Of a stretch of DNA of 64,000 nucleotides, positions 38,481 to 48,282 are shown in pieces (within the stretch, counting starts at the first letter, position 1; each line of letters opens with the position of its first letter). The DNA lies in IMG/VR virus record IMGVR_UViG_3300047557_002442, positions 1-64,000 of that record; one strand, given 5' to 3'. A program made the position numbers and the translations under genes. Source of the stretch: a virus. The notes beneath the pieces are model-generated. The model made no database searches and had not been told where the DNA came from. It saw only the letters and a program-made list of their open reading frames with translations.

Positions 38481-39331
38481 TAAAATTCACCAATATGTTC
38501 CATAAGCATTTTAAGTTTGTGTTTTACAAAGAAATTGAACAATTTGTCTCTTGTCTTACCTTGCTGGGATTCGTACTGTTCAAGTACTTTGTCTTGGATA
38601 TCTTCAGGTATGAAGGTTAGATCAATCAACTGCTCATTTCTGTTCCAGTTCCGTAATAACTCACCTGTAAAGAATTCTTTTGGTTTTTGTATGTTAGCAT
38701 ACTTCTCAGGCTTAACCGGTCGTTGGCGTTCACCACTAACAAACACATCATCCTTTGATAGAATATTTGGAATTCCATCACCACGATCGCCCTTCAATAT
38801 CAACTCTCTTGTAAATTTGATAGGGTCTTCGTGTTTGATAAACTTCTTTCTAACAGGATCAAACTGCTGTACATTACCAAACACATGGAGCTGTACAAAG
38901 TCTTTATCACCTGATAGAATAACTATCTTCTCACCAGTATTTAGCATTTGCCCATACTTTATTGTCAATGTACCAATCACGTCATCTGCTTCGGCACCCT
39001 CAACTTGAATTACTCTATATGGAAAGTTATCTCTAAGATCATCGCGAATAGTATTCAAACAATTGAATATTTCAACCCAGTTTAATTCTGATTGTTCCCT
39101 GGATTTTTTACGGTTTGCTTTGTAGTATGGGAAAACTTGTTTGCGCCAGACATGTTTATCATCACAGCATATTACAAGTTCACCATAATCTTTGAATTTG
39201 GTTTTGAGGGATCGAATGGTATTGAGTACCATGTGACGAAGAATATCTTCGTTTATGTCGACATCAGTGTGGTTGCCAAGTTGTGCCATCAAGTTTGATA
39301 TGCACACCTGGTTAAAGTCAAGGAGTATCAT
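38480..39331 (-). CDS. rnh: T4-type RNase H (5'-3' exonuclease)
   Basis: ILLDFNQ; WRK..FPYYKANR; EADDVI; ILSGDKDF.QL; GD.GDGIPN.LS. Confidence 0.95.
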   Translation of the reverse strand: MILLDFNQVCISNLMAQLGNHTDVDINEDILRHMVLNTIRSLKTKFKDYGELVICCDDKHVWRKQVFPYYKANRKKSREQSELNWVEIFNCLNTIRDDLRDNFPYRVIQVEGAEADDVIGTLTIKYGQMLNTGEKIVILSGDKDFVQLHVFGNVQQFDPVRKKFIKHEDPIKFTRELILKGDRGDGIPNILSKDDVFVSGERQRPVKPEKYANIQKPKEFFTGELLRNWNRNEQLIDLTFIPEDIQDKVLEQYESQQGKTRDKLFNFFVKHKLKMLMEHIGEF

Positions 39332-39340
39332 TTTAAAGTA

Positions 39341-39943
39341 TTATAAAGTAATCTTATCTTTATTTAGTTGTGTTATTCGAACGTGTTGTGCAAGTATATG
39401 CATCAGAGCTTGATGACAATCTTCAACAACCCCATAATTATTCACGTCTACATGTAATGTAACATCAGCAAGACTTGAAGCTTTACCGCCATCAAACCCA
39501 ACAAATGCAATACTACGCATACTACTAATCTTTGCATACTCTAATGCTTTGATAATGTTTGCTGAATTGCCACTTGATGATATAACAATTAATACGTCAT
39601 TAGGATCAGCAAACATTTCTAATTGGTAAGAGAATATACTGTCGTAATTAATGTCATTAGCAATTGCTGTTATTGTTGCGGTACTTGATGGTAATGACAC
39701 AATCTTAGGACGTTTGTCTGTATCACAGTATATACATTTGGAATGGTCACAAAGGAAGTGATCACTTATAGCAGCTGATCCTCCATTACCACAAACATAT
39801 ATGGTATCTCTATATTTCAAAGCATCTTGTATTAATTCAACTGCCTTCTCTAGTTGTAGTCTATCAACAGATTCTAAACCACGAGCAATTGCAGTACTAT
39901 ACCAATCAATGTACTCTCCAATATCTTTTTTATCTGTTGTCAT
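39341..39943 (-). CDS. gmhA: SIS-domain phosphoheptose isomerase
   Basis: CGNGGSAA..DH; TAIAND..YD.IFS.QL; ISSSGNS.NI; GFDGG; YGVVEDCH. Confidence 0.9.
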   Translation of the reverse strand: MTTDKKDIGEYIDWYSTAIARGLESVDRLQLEKAVELIQDALKYRDTIYVCGNGGSAAISDHFLCDHSKCIYCDTDKRPKIVSLPSSTATITAIANDINYDSIFSYQLEMFADPNDVLIVISSSGNSANIIKALEYAKISSMRSIAFVGFDGGKASSLADVTLHVDVNNYGVVEDCHQALMHILAQHVRITQLNKDKITL

Positions 39944-40916
39944 ATACTACTTCACTTCCGCTATCGGTAAAATTAAATTTGAAGTGCTTGAGACCCATTT
40001 GCTCCATTCTCTGTATAACCTTATACTGTTTAGACAAAGGTACATAAAGAAGTAGAAAGCCTCCACCACCTGCTCCAGCTATTTTACCACCCAACGCTCC
40101 ATAAGTCAACGCCTCCCAATACCATTCGTCAATGCTACTATTAGTAATATTTGATGAGAGCCCTTTCTTCAATGCCCATGCCTGACCAAGCAAATATCCA
40201 AAGTCGTCTACCTTTCCTGCATAAAGGGATTTTAGAGCTTGTCGACCATAGGAGATCATTCTTTGTACTTTATCCACCATATAGGAATCTGACTTCATAT
40301 TATCGCTCTGCTCAGATAAAATATCAGATGCATTACGTTTTACACCAGTATAGAATAAAAGTAGGTTGTTATTCAGCTGATGTAATACATCACCCGAAAT
40401 CGTAACTGGACTTACGTCAACATGCTCGGGAGTGAATGTATAAGAGTTGAATCCTCCAAACGCTGCTGCATATTGATCTTGTTTACCAATTGGCTCATTA
40501 CATTTGCTTATTTCAATATCACATGCCGCCTCAGCCAAATCATATTTTGTTATTGGTACATCTTTTAATCTAGCCAATGCATTCAATAAACCGACAGTGT
40601 ATGTTGAAGAGGATCCTAGACCTGTTCCTTTTGTTGGAATCTGTGCATACGACGAAATCTCTATATTGGACTTTACACCCATCATCTTCAATGCTTCACG
40701 TACACGGTCATGCTTCAAGTCCCCAACCTTATCAACATGTTCAATTTCACTGTATACAAGTCTTATTCCAGGATATGATGTTTCACATACAGCTGTATGC
40801 ATATATTGATCAATTGTTGTGGATAGGCAAAAACCTGGCTGCTGGTTATAGTATGCAGCCAGGTCACTACCACCTCCAAAGAAGCTTAATCTTAGTGGTG
40901 TCTTAACAAGAATCAT
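39930..40916 (-). CDS. hddA: GHMP kinase, D-glycero-D-manno-heptose-7-phosphate kinase-like
   Basis: TPLRLSFFGGGSDL; P.GTGLGSSS; IGKQDQYAAAFGG; GALGGKIAGAGGGGF. Confidence 0.88.
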   Translation of the reverse strand: MILVKTPLRLSFFGGGSDLAAYYNQQPGFCLSTTIDQYMHTAVCETSYPGIRLVYSEIEHVDKVGDLKHDRVREALKMMGVKSNIEISSYAQIPTKGTGLGSSSTYTVGLLNALARLKDVPITKYDLAEAACDIEISKCNEPIGKQDQYAAAFGGFNSYTFTPEHVDVSPVTISGDVLHQLNNNLLLFYTGVKRNASDILSEQSDNMKSDSYMVDKVQRMISYGRQALKSLYAGKVDDFGYLLGQAWALKKGLSSNITNSSIDEWYWEALTYGALGGKIAGAGGGGFLLLYVPLSKQYKVIQRMEQMGLKHFKFNFTDSGSEVVYDNR

Positions 40917-41911
40917 TATATTGTCTTATATGTGAATACTGGACCACTAACTATCTTGCGAGACTTTTCATCCGGATACTGAACTTTCAATGTACTTAAC
41001 AAGTCAGTCCATTGTTGAGTAATCTTAGTCCAGTTATATCTTGAATCAGCATATGCTTTAACAAACTTCAAATAATCTTGAACCGGCTCTTGATGTACAA
41101 CACTTATAGCATTATCAAGTGCTTGGTAGAATATATTAGCATGTTCTTGAGGATTATCAGATCCTTGATACTGGAATGTTAATCCACCGGATGTATCAGA
41201 CAATCCTGCACGATTCGGGTGAACACATAACAATCCTGCTGACATAGCTTCAATCAGGCTACGACTATTACATTCTTGCCATATAGATGGGTATGCAAAG
41301 ATGTGTGCATCTTGTAAAGCTTCTCGTACCTTATCATTTGTAGCAAAGCCATGATAGTTAATCTTAGGATGATTACGGCAACGTTCATATAATTCTTCAA
41401 ACTGTGCATCAGCATCGTCCCAACCATAAATCTTATAGCTTGAGAATACATCTAAAACTATATTGTCATATTTCTCACACAATTTTTCAAACACAGGAAT
41501 AAGCAATGCTAGTCCTCGTTGAGGTGTTGATGTGTATATGAGACGGATTTCATCTTTTGATTTCTCTTTGGCAGGGATTGGGTCAATAGCTGTTTCAATA
41601 ACCGCTACATTTGGATCATATGGTACTCCTAAGAAGTTCTGGTATTGCTGATACTGCCATTGACCACAGAATACAATCTTCTGGAATCTACTACGACTAT
41701 TAGGATCTTTTAGATGATTGGTTTCAGGATCGTGTGGTAAGTCATGGACCCAATAAACACGAATCTTCTCAGGATCTAAATCACGTACACGTGAGCAAAT
41801 GATTTGAAATTCATCAGCCACTCCTTCAGGCAGTCTTTCAGCAAGACCACGTTTCATCAACTCAGTACCACCTTGCGAGTTTTTAGATATTTCATTTTCT
41901 TCGAATGCCAT
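40916..41911 (-). CDS. GT-B glycosyltransferase (GT4-like)
   Basis: GGTE; IYTSTP.RGL; IFAYPS...E......IEAMSAG. Confidence 0.88.
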   Translation of the reverse strand: MAFEENEISKNSQGGTELMKRGLAERLPEGVADEFQIICSRVRDLDPEKIRVYWVHDLPHDPETNHLKDPNSRSRFQKIVFCGQWQYQQYQNFLGVPYDPNVAVIETAIDPIPAKEKSKDEIRLIYTSTPQRGLALLIPVFEKLCEKYDNIVLDVFSSYKIYGWDDADAQFEELYERCRNHPKINYHGFATNDKVREALQDAHIFAYPSIWQECNSRSLIEAMSAGLLCVHPNRAGLSDTSGGLTFQYQGSDNPQEHANIFYQALDNAISVVHQEPVQDYLKFVKAYADSRYNWTKITQQWTDLLSTLKVQYPDEKSRKIVSGPVFTYKTI

Positions 41912-42888
41912 TATTTTGTTTCCTCTTTTTTATAAACATACCAATCCCATGCAGCTTTAATCATATCCTCTAAGATTTCATCATACTCGAATCCTGTTTC
42001 TTCAATAAACTTAGATGGATTACATAATAAAATAGCTGGATCGCCTGGTCTTGGATTACCAATATCATATGGGACGTCAATCCCAATCACGTCTTCAAAA
42101 GTCTTTATTAACTCTAATACCGATGTACCTCTCATTGTTCCCATGTTGAATGTATGATGACCTTTATTTGTCTTCATATAATCAACTGCGTGGAAGTGAG
42201 CTTTACAAATATCATTTACACTAATATAGTCACGGACTGCTGTACCGTCTGGGGTATCCCATTCCATACCATACACGGTAAGTGGGTTGCCCGTATAAGC
42301 AGCTTCCATGATTCGTGGAATAATATGTGGGTAGTTCAATGGTTGGCCAACATCACCATAAGATCCAGCTACACAGAAATATCTGAATACCGTTGATGTG
42401 ATACCTTTCTCATACAGCTCACCAAGAACAATTTCTGCCAAGAATTTACTACGGCCATATGGATTTGGTGAAGCCTTTGGTGATGATTCAGTAAGATAGC
42501 TTGTCGATGGATCATATACAGCTGCTGTGCTTGAGAATACAATATGACCATCACGTTCAGCCCAGCCATGCTTCAATAAGTTACGTAACATGGCAGATGT
42601 GTTACCAACATTATTTTGATAAAACTCAAAGGGATCTTCTACGCTAAGGGGAACAGATGCTGACCCACCTAGATGAAACACAGTCCTAATATTATATCGT
42701 TCACATATAACAGCAAAATGTGGATCCTCATATCCACATGCAAGCGGTAAATCAACATATTGCTGTTTATCACCTGGCTTATACGCTCTATCACAACCTA
42801 ATACGTTATATCCACGATCCTTACAGTGCTTAGCTAACACCGATCCGATGTATCCTGCTGACCCTGTTATAGCTATCCAATCAGCCAT
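41911..42888 (-). CDS. galE: NDP-sugar 4-epimerase (GalE-like)
   Basis: ITGSAGYIGS; FSSTAAVY; PYGRSK (YxxxK); RYF.VAG; TPDGTAVRDYI.V; RPGDP. Confidence 0.9.
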   Translation of the reverse strand: MADWIAITGSAGYIGSVLAKHCKDRGYNVLGCDRAYKPGDKQQYVDLPLACGYEDPHFAVICERYNIRTVFHLGGSASVPLSVEDPFEFYQNNVGNTSAMLRNLLKHGWAERDGHIVFSSTAAVYDPSTSYLTESSPKASPNPYGRSKFLAEIVLGELYEKGITSTVFRYFCVAGSYGDVGQPLNYPHIIPRIMEAAYTGNPLTVYGMEWDTPDGTAVRDYISVNDICKAHFHAVDYMKTNKGHHTFNMGTMRGTSVLELIKTFEDVIGIDVPYDIGNPRPGDPAILLCNPSKFIEETGFEYDEILEDMIKAAWDWYVYKKEETK

Positions 42889-43327
42889 TATTTGCCTTCT
42901 CCAACTCTGCATCAAAAATACGTTTTCTCAACTCCGTTGAACTAAAGCTATGATCTCGTTTGTTATACCAAACTTTGATACCACGATCCTCACAAATGTT
43001 CTTACCGGTGAACGGTTGATCCCGGTACTCCTCACCTATAACTCTAACATCAATGGGTAATAGCTTCAACAAATCTTCAAGATCAGCCTCTGTCTCATAA
43101 ATATAAATCTCATCTATCAATGAACATGCTTTGAGTTGAAGTTGTCTTTCAACAATGGTTTGAATTGGTTTATTTTTAAATGAACGATCCCTGGACGGAT
43201 CAACTTGTAGACCTACAATAAGATAGTCACACACTTGCTTCGCTTGTGTAAGCATGTCAATGTGACCTGCATGGAACAAATCAAATGTTGAGCAAGTGAA
43301 CCCTACTCGTTTTTCATTATCAATCAT
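42881..43327 (-). CDS. Cytidylyltransferase (TagD/RfaE-like HIGH family)
   Basis: FDLFHAGH; LIVGLQ.DP; KNKP.Q...ER; RDHSFSSTELR. Confidence 0.9.
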   Translation of the reverse strand: MIDNEKRVGFTCSTFDLFHAGHIDMLTQAKQVCDYLIVGLQVDPSRDRSFKNKPIQTIVERQLQLKACSLIDEIYIYETEADLEDLLKLLPIDVRVIGEEYRDQPFTGKNICEDRGIKVWYNKRDHSFSSTELRKRIFDAELEKANNG

Positions 43328-43596
43328 ACCAACAATCCCTCAATTCTTTTGATACTATCCCAACGGAACGATCTCCACTGTTGCTTCTCAAGATCGAAAA
43401 CCGGAAGAATGTTTTCATTGACAGTACGTTGTTTATCAGTCTTTCTTTCGTACTGCTCAATCAAATCGCTCTTCAGTGAGCACTTCATCACTCGCTCTGT
43501 TCCATCTGTTTTAGTGAAGGTAATATTGAATGGTCCTGTTTGCAAAAGACCAATCAACCATGCACGCGATTCTTTATCATTAAATTCTACTGCCAT
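43324..43596 (-). CDS. SH3/WYL-like beta-barrel protein
   Basis: FTKTDGTERVM.C.L; VFDLEK..WRSFR.D.I. Confidence 0.8.
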   Translation of the reverse strand: MAVEFNDKESRAWLIGLLQTGPFNITFTKTDGTERVMKCSLKSDLIEQYERKTDKQRTVNENILPVFDLEKQQWRSFRWDSIKRIEGLLV

Positions 43597-43614
43597 AATA
43601 TATATACTCCTCAA

Positions 43615-43818
43615 TTATCGTTTAACGATTGTGTAAAATTCCTTAGCTAGTTTAAGTGTACGGTTGTTCACCTTGACGATATAGAATCGTTTACCTTCGA
43701 TATCTTCCTCATTAACTAAATCTCCAGTATAGGAGTTATCATTTACTTTGTTTTTAAAGTAAAGATTTCTTCTCACCTCATATGAGGGTCTTCTGCTATT
43801 TCTTGTTAGTACTTTCAT
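43615..43818 (-). CDS. Hypothetical protein
   Basis: Tightly packed ORF. Confidence 0.6.
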   Translation of the reverse strand: MKVLTRNSRRPSYEVRRNLYFKNKVNDNSYTGDLVNEEDIEGKRFYIVKVNNRTLKLAKEFYTIVKR

Positions 43819-44108
43819 GTGAACTCTTTTTCCGACTTAATAACTATTTTGTCATCTGGTATTTTCCATCTTTTACAGATATCAGTCAACAGGTTATCGA
43901 AATTATTTGACTGTCCTAAGAATACTTCATCTATATCCCAAGCATAGTATGTTTTCTTATCAGATGTGTATTCAATATGTATTGGGAATACCCAATCCTG
44001 ATCCATTTTCTGCATTTTTCTTATGTTAATGTATGCTTCAGTAAAGTTAAATACAAATGTGACGACCCACCAAACCACAAAAGCAACTATAGCCCATACA
44101 AATATCAT
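43815..44108 (-). CDS. Hypothetical protein with N-terminal TM
   Basis: Hydrophobic N-terminus; FLGQ motif. Confidence 0.6.
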   Translation of the reverse strand: MIFVWAIVAFVVWWVVTFVFNFTEAYINIRKMQKMDQDWVFPIHIEYTSDKKTYYAWDIDEVFLGQSNNFDNLLTDICKRWKIPDDKIVIKSEKEFT

Positions 44109-44665
44109 GGTTGTTCCTTTTCGTATCCTAATGCACCATACTTACAGACATAATAACTATCTATAATGTCAGATGATGGGTTCCACTGCTTTTCACTCAA
44201 AGAAAACAAACTTTTTATATCCAGGTTATTTTCTTGGATGAATGCAGTCTGCATTAACTCCTTGTTTGCATTACCCTTTCCAGTTGCAATCTTCTTAATT
44301 ACAGTTGGTGGTATTGTTTCGTACTGATAGTGATACTTGAATAAAAGATATTTTAAGATACCAGTATTTTCCGCTATATGAAAAACCCGGCCCGTTGAAC
44401 CATAACTATAATCCTCAATGAATACCTTTTCGATACGATATTCCATTAAGCATTTTATAAGCCACATCGAGATATTTTCATAACGCTCAACTTGGCTATT
44501 ATAAGTGGGGTACATAACTCCACGAAACTGATCATTGTTGATCAATCTCTTAGCATTATCTGCCATATAGTGAAAAGTACAATGTTGTATACTGTATTCT
44601 TCACTACCATTAAAAACGCACAGTGCTGGAGACGTTAATGATAAGTCAATTCCAGCAATAGCCAT
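44105..44665 (-). CDS. RuvC-like Holliday junction resolvase
   Basis: GIDLSLTSPA; FIEDYSYG; P..IKK.ATGKGNA.K; DIIDS. Confidence 0.85.
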   Translation of the reverse strand: MAIAGIDLSLTSPALCVFNGSEEYSIQHCTFHYMADNAKRLINNDQFRGVMYPTYNSQVERYENISMWLIKCLMEYRIEKVFIEDYSYGSTGRVFHIAENTGILKYLLFKYHYQYETIPPTVIKKIATGKGNANKELMQTAFIQENNLDIKSLFSLSEKQWNPSSDIIDSYYVCKYGALGYEKEQP

Positions 44666-44667
44666 TC

Positions 44668-44865
44668 TTAATCTTCATCCTCATCATCTTCATCAATGAT
44701 ATCATCATAATCTTCCTCAGCGAATCCTTCATCTATATTGTAGCCACAAAACGGACAAAATACAATTTCTTGTTCAGGATAGTCCGTTGATGTTACTACA
44801 AATTCAGTATCACACCCTTCACAATATATTGGATCACCAGACAAATATTCTTCTAGTTGCACCAT
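44668..44865 (-). CDS. Small Zn-ribbon protein with acidic tail
   Basis: CEGC...FCPFCG followed by an Asp/Glu-rich tail. Confidence 0.7.
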   Translation of the reverse strand: MVQLEEYLSGDPIYCEGCDTEFVVTSTDYPEQEIVFCPFCGYNIDEGFAEEDYDDIIDEDDEDED

Positions 44866-45272
44866 GACTGCTTTGCCTCCCCGTGATATGGACGTGCCAA
44901 GTTATTTTGAATAAGAAGTGCTGATAGTTTTTGACCATCAATAATTACGTCACCAAGTACTCTACCACCAAATTTGTCCCACTCCTTCAATTCGACTTGA
45001 ACCCTTTTAGCATTGGCTATTGCTTTCTTTGTAAAGTCTGTAGCCGCTTGACCTTTTTGAGCTTCCTTCTCACATTTAGCTCTTGGAGCTTTTTCTGGTG
45101 TATCTACACCTAACACTCTAATTTTCAGGGTCTTTCCAAGTTCTGGTGGTAAGAAACTAGCTTCGAATTCAACCGTGTCTCCATCAACTGCTCTTGTAAT
45201 TTTCCAATCATGAGATTGTGCTTGTGTATTGATGCTCGTGACTAGCAAGAGCGTTGCTAAAAAATATTTCAT
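44853..45272 (-). CDS. Thermonuclease (SNase) family with signal peptide
   Basis: VDGDTV; IRVLGVDTPE; DKFGGRVLG; LARPY.G. N-terminus MKYFLATLLLVTSINTQA. Confidence 0.9.
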   Translation of the reverse strand: MKYFLATLLLVTSINTQAQSHDWKITRAVDGDTVEFEASFLPPELGKTLKIRVLGVDTPEKAPRAKCEKEAQKGQAATDFTKKAIANAKRVQVELKEWDKFGGRVLGDVIIDGQKLSALLIQNNLARPYHGEAKQSWCN

Positions 45273-45289
45273 GGTTACCTTTCTTATTG

Positions 45290-46282
45290 TTATGCCGCTT
45301 GACCCCAAACATCTGACCAATCTCCAGATAGTGCACCTTTTGCATAATCAGTAGCACGGTTCTCAAAGAAGTTGGTATGTGTCGGAGCGTTAATCATCTC
45401 TTCGACCCAAGGCAATGGATTCTTTTTGACTTTGAATATTCCCTTAAGACCTAGTGAGATCAATCTTCTATCTGCAATATATCGAATGTATTGTTTTACT
45501 TGTTCTGGTGTCAAATCTATCATACTACTCATACCAAACGATAGATCAATAAACTTATCTTCAAGTTCAACCATTCTTTCTGCAATGGTATATATTTGTG
45601 ATTTTAAATCGTCATTCCATAGTTCGCGATTTTCTTCAATGTATGTTCTAAACAGCTTGATCATATTCTCAGCATGCATCGTTTCATCAACAATAGACCA
45701 AGTAACGATTTGACCCATACCCTTCATCATTCCGTTACGTGGGAAGTTTAATAACATAATGAATGAGCTGAATAGTTGCATACCCTCAGTAAATGCAGAG
45801 AAGGCTGCAATGTTAGTGGCTACTGATTGTGGGGTACCATTCTTACTTGACAAATCCATGAAGTATTCATGCTTTGCCTTCATTGACTCATAATCTAGGA
45901 ACTCACTATATGTTGTTTCAGGCATACCTAAGGTTTCAATAAGATGTGAGTATGCAGCAATGTGTAATGCTTCTCTCGCTGCAAATCCTAACAACATCAT
46001 ACGGACTTCAGGTTGTTGGAAGTATGGTAGATAGTTCGTAACATATCCACCGGCAACGTCAATATCGCCTTGTGTAAAGAACCTAAAGATATGTGTTAGA
46101 AATTGTTTCTGGGATGGTGTAATCTTATTTTTCCAATCTTTAACATCTTCCAGCATTGGTACTTCTGTATGCAACCAATGTGCTTGCTCATGTTGTAGCC
46201 AAGCTTCATATGCCCATGGATAATTAAATGGCTTGAAAAAACTTCTATCTTCTGTTAACTTATACTTTACTTTCTTTATCAT
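45290..46282 (-). CDS. nrdB: Ribonucleotide reductase class Ia beta subunit
   Basis: FFTQGD; EALHIAAY; EGMQLFSSF; DETMH; NFFE.R.T.Y. Confidence 0.96.
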   Translation of the reverse strand: MIKKVKYKLTEDRSFFKPFNYPWAYEAWLQHEQAHWLHTEVPMLEDVKDWKNKITPSQKQFLTHIFRFFTQGDIDVAGGYVTNYLPYFQQPEVRMMLLGFAAREALHIAAYSHLIETLGMPETTYSEFLDYESMKAKHEYFMDLSSKNGTPQSVATNIAAFSAFTEGMQLFSSFIMLLNFPRNGMMKGMGQIVTWSIVDETMHAENMIKLFRTYIEENRELWNDDLKSQIYTIAERMVELEDKFIDLSFGMSSMIDLTPEQVKQYIRYIADRRLISLGLKGIFKVKKNPLPWVEEMINAPTHTNFFENRATDYAKGALSGDWSDVWGQAA

Positions 46283-46284
46283 TC

Positions 46285-46467
46285 TTAATATTTCCCGTCT
46301 GTTTTCATCCAACCTTTACCTTTGTACTCAACACTTGGTGCAGCTAGAAATGTTCTTTCTAAACCATGTTTCTTACAAGTAGGACATTCAGTTGGATGAG
46401 GATCTTTGATAGATTTGTTTATTTCACAAAACTCACCACACATATTACATTTATAATCATATAGCAT
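46285..46467 (-). CDS. FmdB family zinc ribbon protein
   Basis: YDYKCNMCG...CPTC...YKGKGW..TD. Confidence 0.85.
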   Translation of the reverse strand: MLYDYKCNMCGEFCEINKSIKDPHPTECPTCKKHGLERTFLAAPSVEYKGKGWMKTDGKY

Positions 46468-46469
46468 TA

Positions 46470-48272
46470 CTAACCCTCACAGGCAATACAGGTATCCCCT
46501 TCAGCAATTTGCTTAAGATCGATCTCTTCAATAACTTGACGCTCTATCTTCTTAGCAACTTTGTCGGCTTTACCAATTTTTTCTGAACGGCAATAGTACA
46601 ACGTTTTCAGACCCATCTTCCACGCCATAAAGTGTATAGCATGTAGATACTTAATATTGACGTTTGGTCTGAAGAAAAGATTTAGCGATTGTGCTTGATC
46701 AATGAACGCTTGACGATCGGCAGCATGCTGAATGATCCATCGTTGGTCGATCTCCATGGAAGTCTTGAAAACATCTTTTGTCCAGTCATCCATCCAATCC
46801 AGGTGTTGAACCGATCCATCGTTTGCAATAATGGAACTCCATGTCTCATCATACCAACCTTCTTTCTCGTTCTCTGCTTGTTTACGAACAATCCTATCTA
46901 ACCACTTGTTTTTGTTGAGGTATGAGCCAGATAATGTATCTTGTCTATAGGCATTTGCTCTATATGGTTCTATTGAAGGTGATGTATTACCCATAATAAT
47001 AGAGCTAGAGGCATTAGGGGCAATAGCCATAAGATGAGAAAAACGATTACCAGTACCAACGGCATCTGGTGCTTCACCTCGCTCTGCACCAAGTTGTTTG
47101 TTTGCTTCATCCAGCTTCTCTCTCATATGTTTAAATATTTTAATATTTGTACTAGCTGCTAATGATGTTTCCCATGGAATGTTGTGCTTTTGTAAGTATG
47201 CATGATATCCTAAAGCACCAACACCAATTGACCTCTCTCTATTAGCACTGTGTATTGCACGACTTATTTCATTCGGTGCATTACTAATAAAGTGTGAAAG
47301 TACATTATCTAACATCTCAGCAACATCACGTAAGAACAATGGATCATCTTTCCATTCATCAAAGTATTCTAAGTTCACTGAAGACAAACAACATACTGCC
47401 GTACGATCTTTATCTGTTGGTAGAATAATTTCAGAACATAAGTTTGATTGTCTGATCTTCAACCCAAAACGCTTTTGCCATTCTGGCATCAATCTATTAG
47501 ATGTATCAATATAATGGATATATGGTTCACCAGTCTGCATTCTCATTTCCAGAATACGCTGCCACAACTCTCTTGCAGGTACTTTATCGCGAACTTCACC
47601 ATTGTGTGGATCTTTTAGTTCCCATGTATCATCAGCATCCTTATCAATCATACAACGCTCAATCAACTCCATGAAGTCGTCTGTAATATTGATACCATGA
47701 TGAAGATTCAAACATCGCATGTTTTGATCCCCAGTCGGTTTTCTCATCTCTAAGAAAATAAGGATGTCTGGGTGACTAATGTCCAAATAAGCAGCATAAC
47801 TGCCGCGACGAGTCCTACCTTGACGATAAGCCAAACTACTTGCATCATAAGTTCTAAGATGAGGCATAACACCCACAGACTTATCATCAGCACTACGAAT
47901 CCCAACGCCAATTCCAACACCGCCTCCTAACATCGACAACCAATTGACTTCCGACAAACAATCAACCAACCCTTGTGCACTATCATGTAAGTAAGGCAGA
48001 AAACAAGAGATAGGAAGAGACCTAGCACTACGCCCTGTAGACAAAATAGGAGTACTGTAAGATAACCAATGCTTGCTAGAATACTCATAAAGACGCTGAG
48101 CATGTTCTGGGTTAGATCCAAACTTCTTTGATACATATGCAAATCTTTCTTGTGGTGACTGTTCATTATCAAGCATGTACGATTCGCGTAATCTTTTGAG
48201 ACCTAGTTCATCAAACAAACTATCTCTGGTGGGATCTATCTTCACATCCCATTGAACATTTTCAATATCCAT
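46470..48272 (-). CDS. nrdA: Ribonucleotide reductase class Ia alpha subunit (no ATP cone)
   Basis: PISCF; TGEPY; QSNLCSEI; AVCCLSS; AIAPNASS; DQAQSLN; LKTLYY; C-terminal CIACEG. Confidence 0.96.
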   Translation of the reverse strand: MDIENVQWDVKIDPTRDSLFDELGLKRLRESYMLDNEQSPQERFAYVSKKFGSNPEHAQRLYEYSSKHWLSYSTPILSTGRSARSLPISCFLPYLHDSAQGLVDCLSEVNWLSMLGGGVGIGVGIRSADDKSVGVMPHLRTYDASSLAYRQGRTRRGSYAAYLDISHPDILIFLEMRKPTGDQNMRCLNLHHGINITDDFMELIERCMIDKDADDTWELKDPHNGEVRDKVPARELWQRILEMRMQTGEPYIHYIDTSNRLMPEWQKRFGLKIRQSNLCSEIILPTDKDRTAVCCLSSVNLEYFDEWKDDPLFLRDVAEMLDNVLSHFISNAPNEISRAIHSANRERSIGVGALGYHAYLQKHNIPWETSLAASTNIKIFKHMREKLDEANKQLGAERGEAPDAVGTGNRFSHLMAIAPNASSSIIMGNTSPSIEPYRANAYRQDTLSGSYLNKNKWLDRIVRKQAENEKEGWYDETWSSIIANDGSVQHLDWMDDWTKDVFKTSMEIDQRWIIQHAADRQAFIDQAQSLNLFFRPNVNIKYLHAIHFMAWKMGLKTLYYCRSEKIGKADKVAKKIERQVIEEIDLKQIAEGDTCIACEG

Positions 48273-48282
48273 AAAACCTCAG

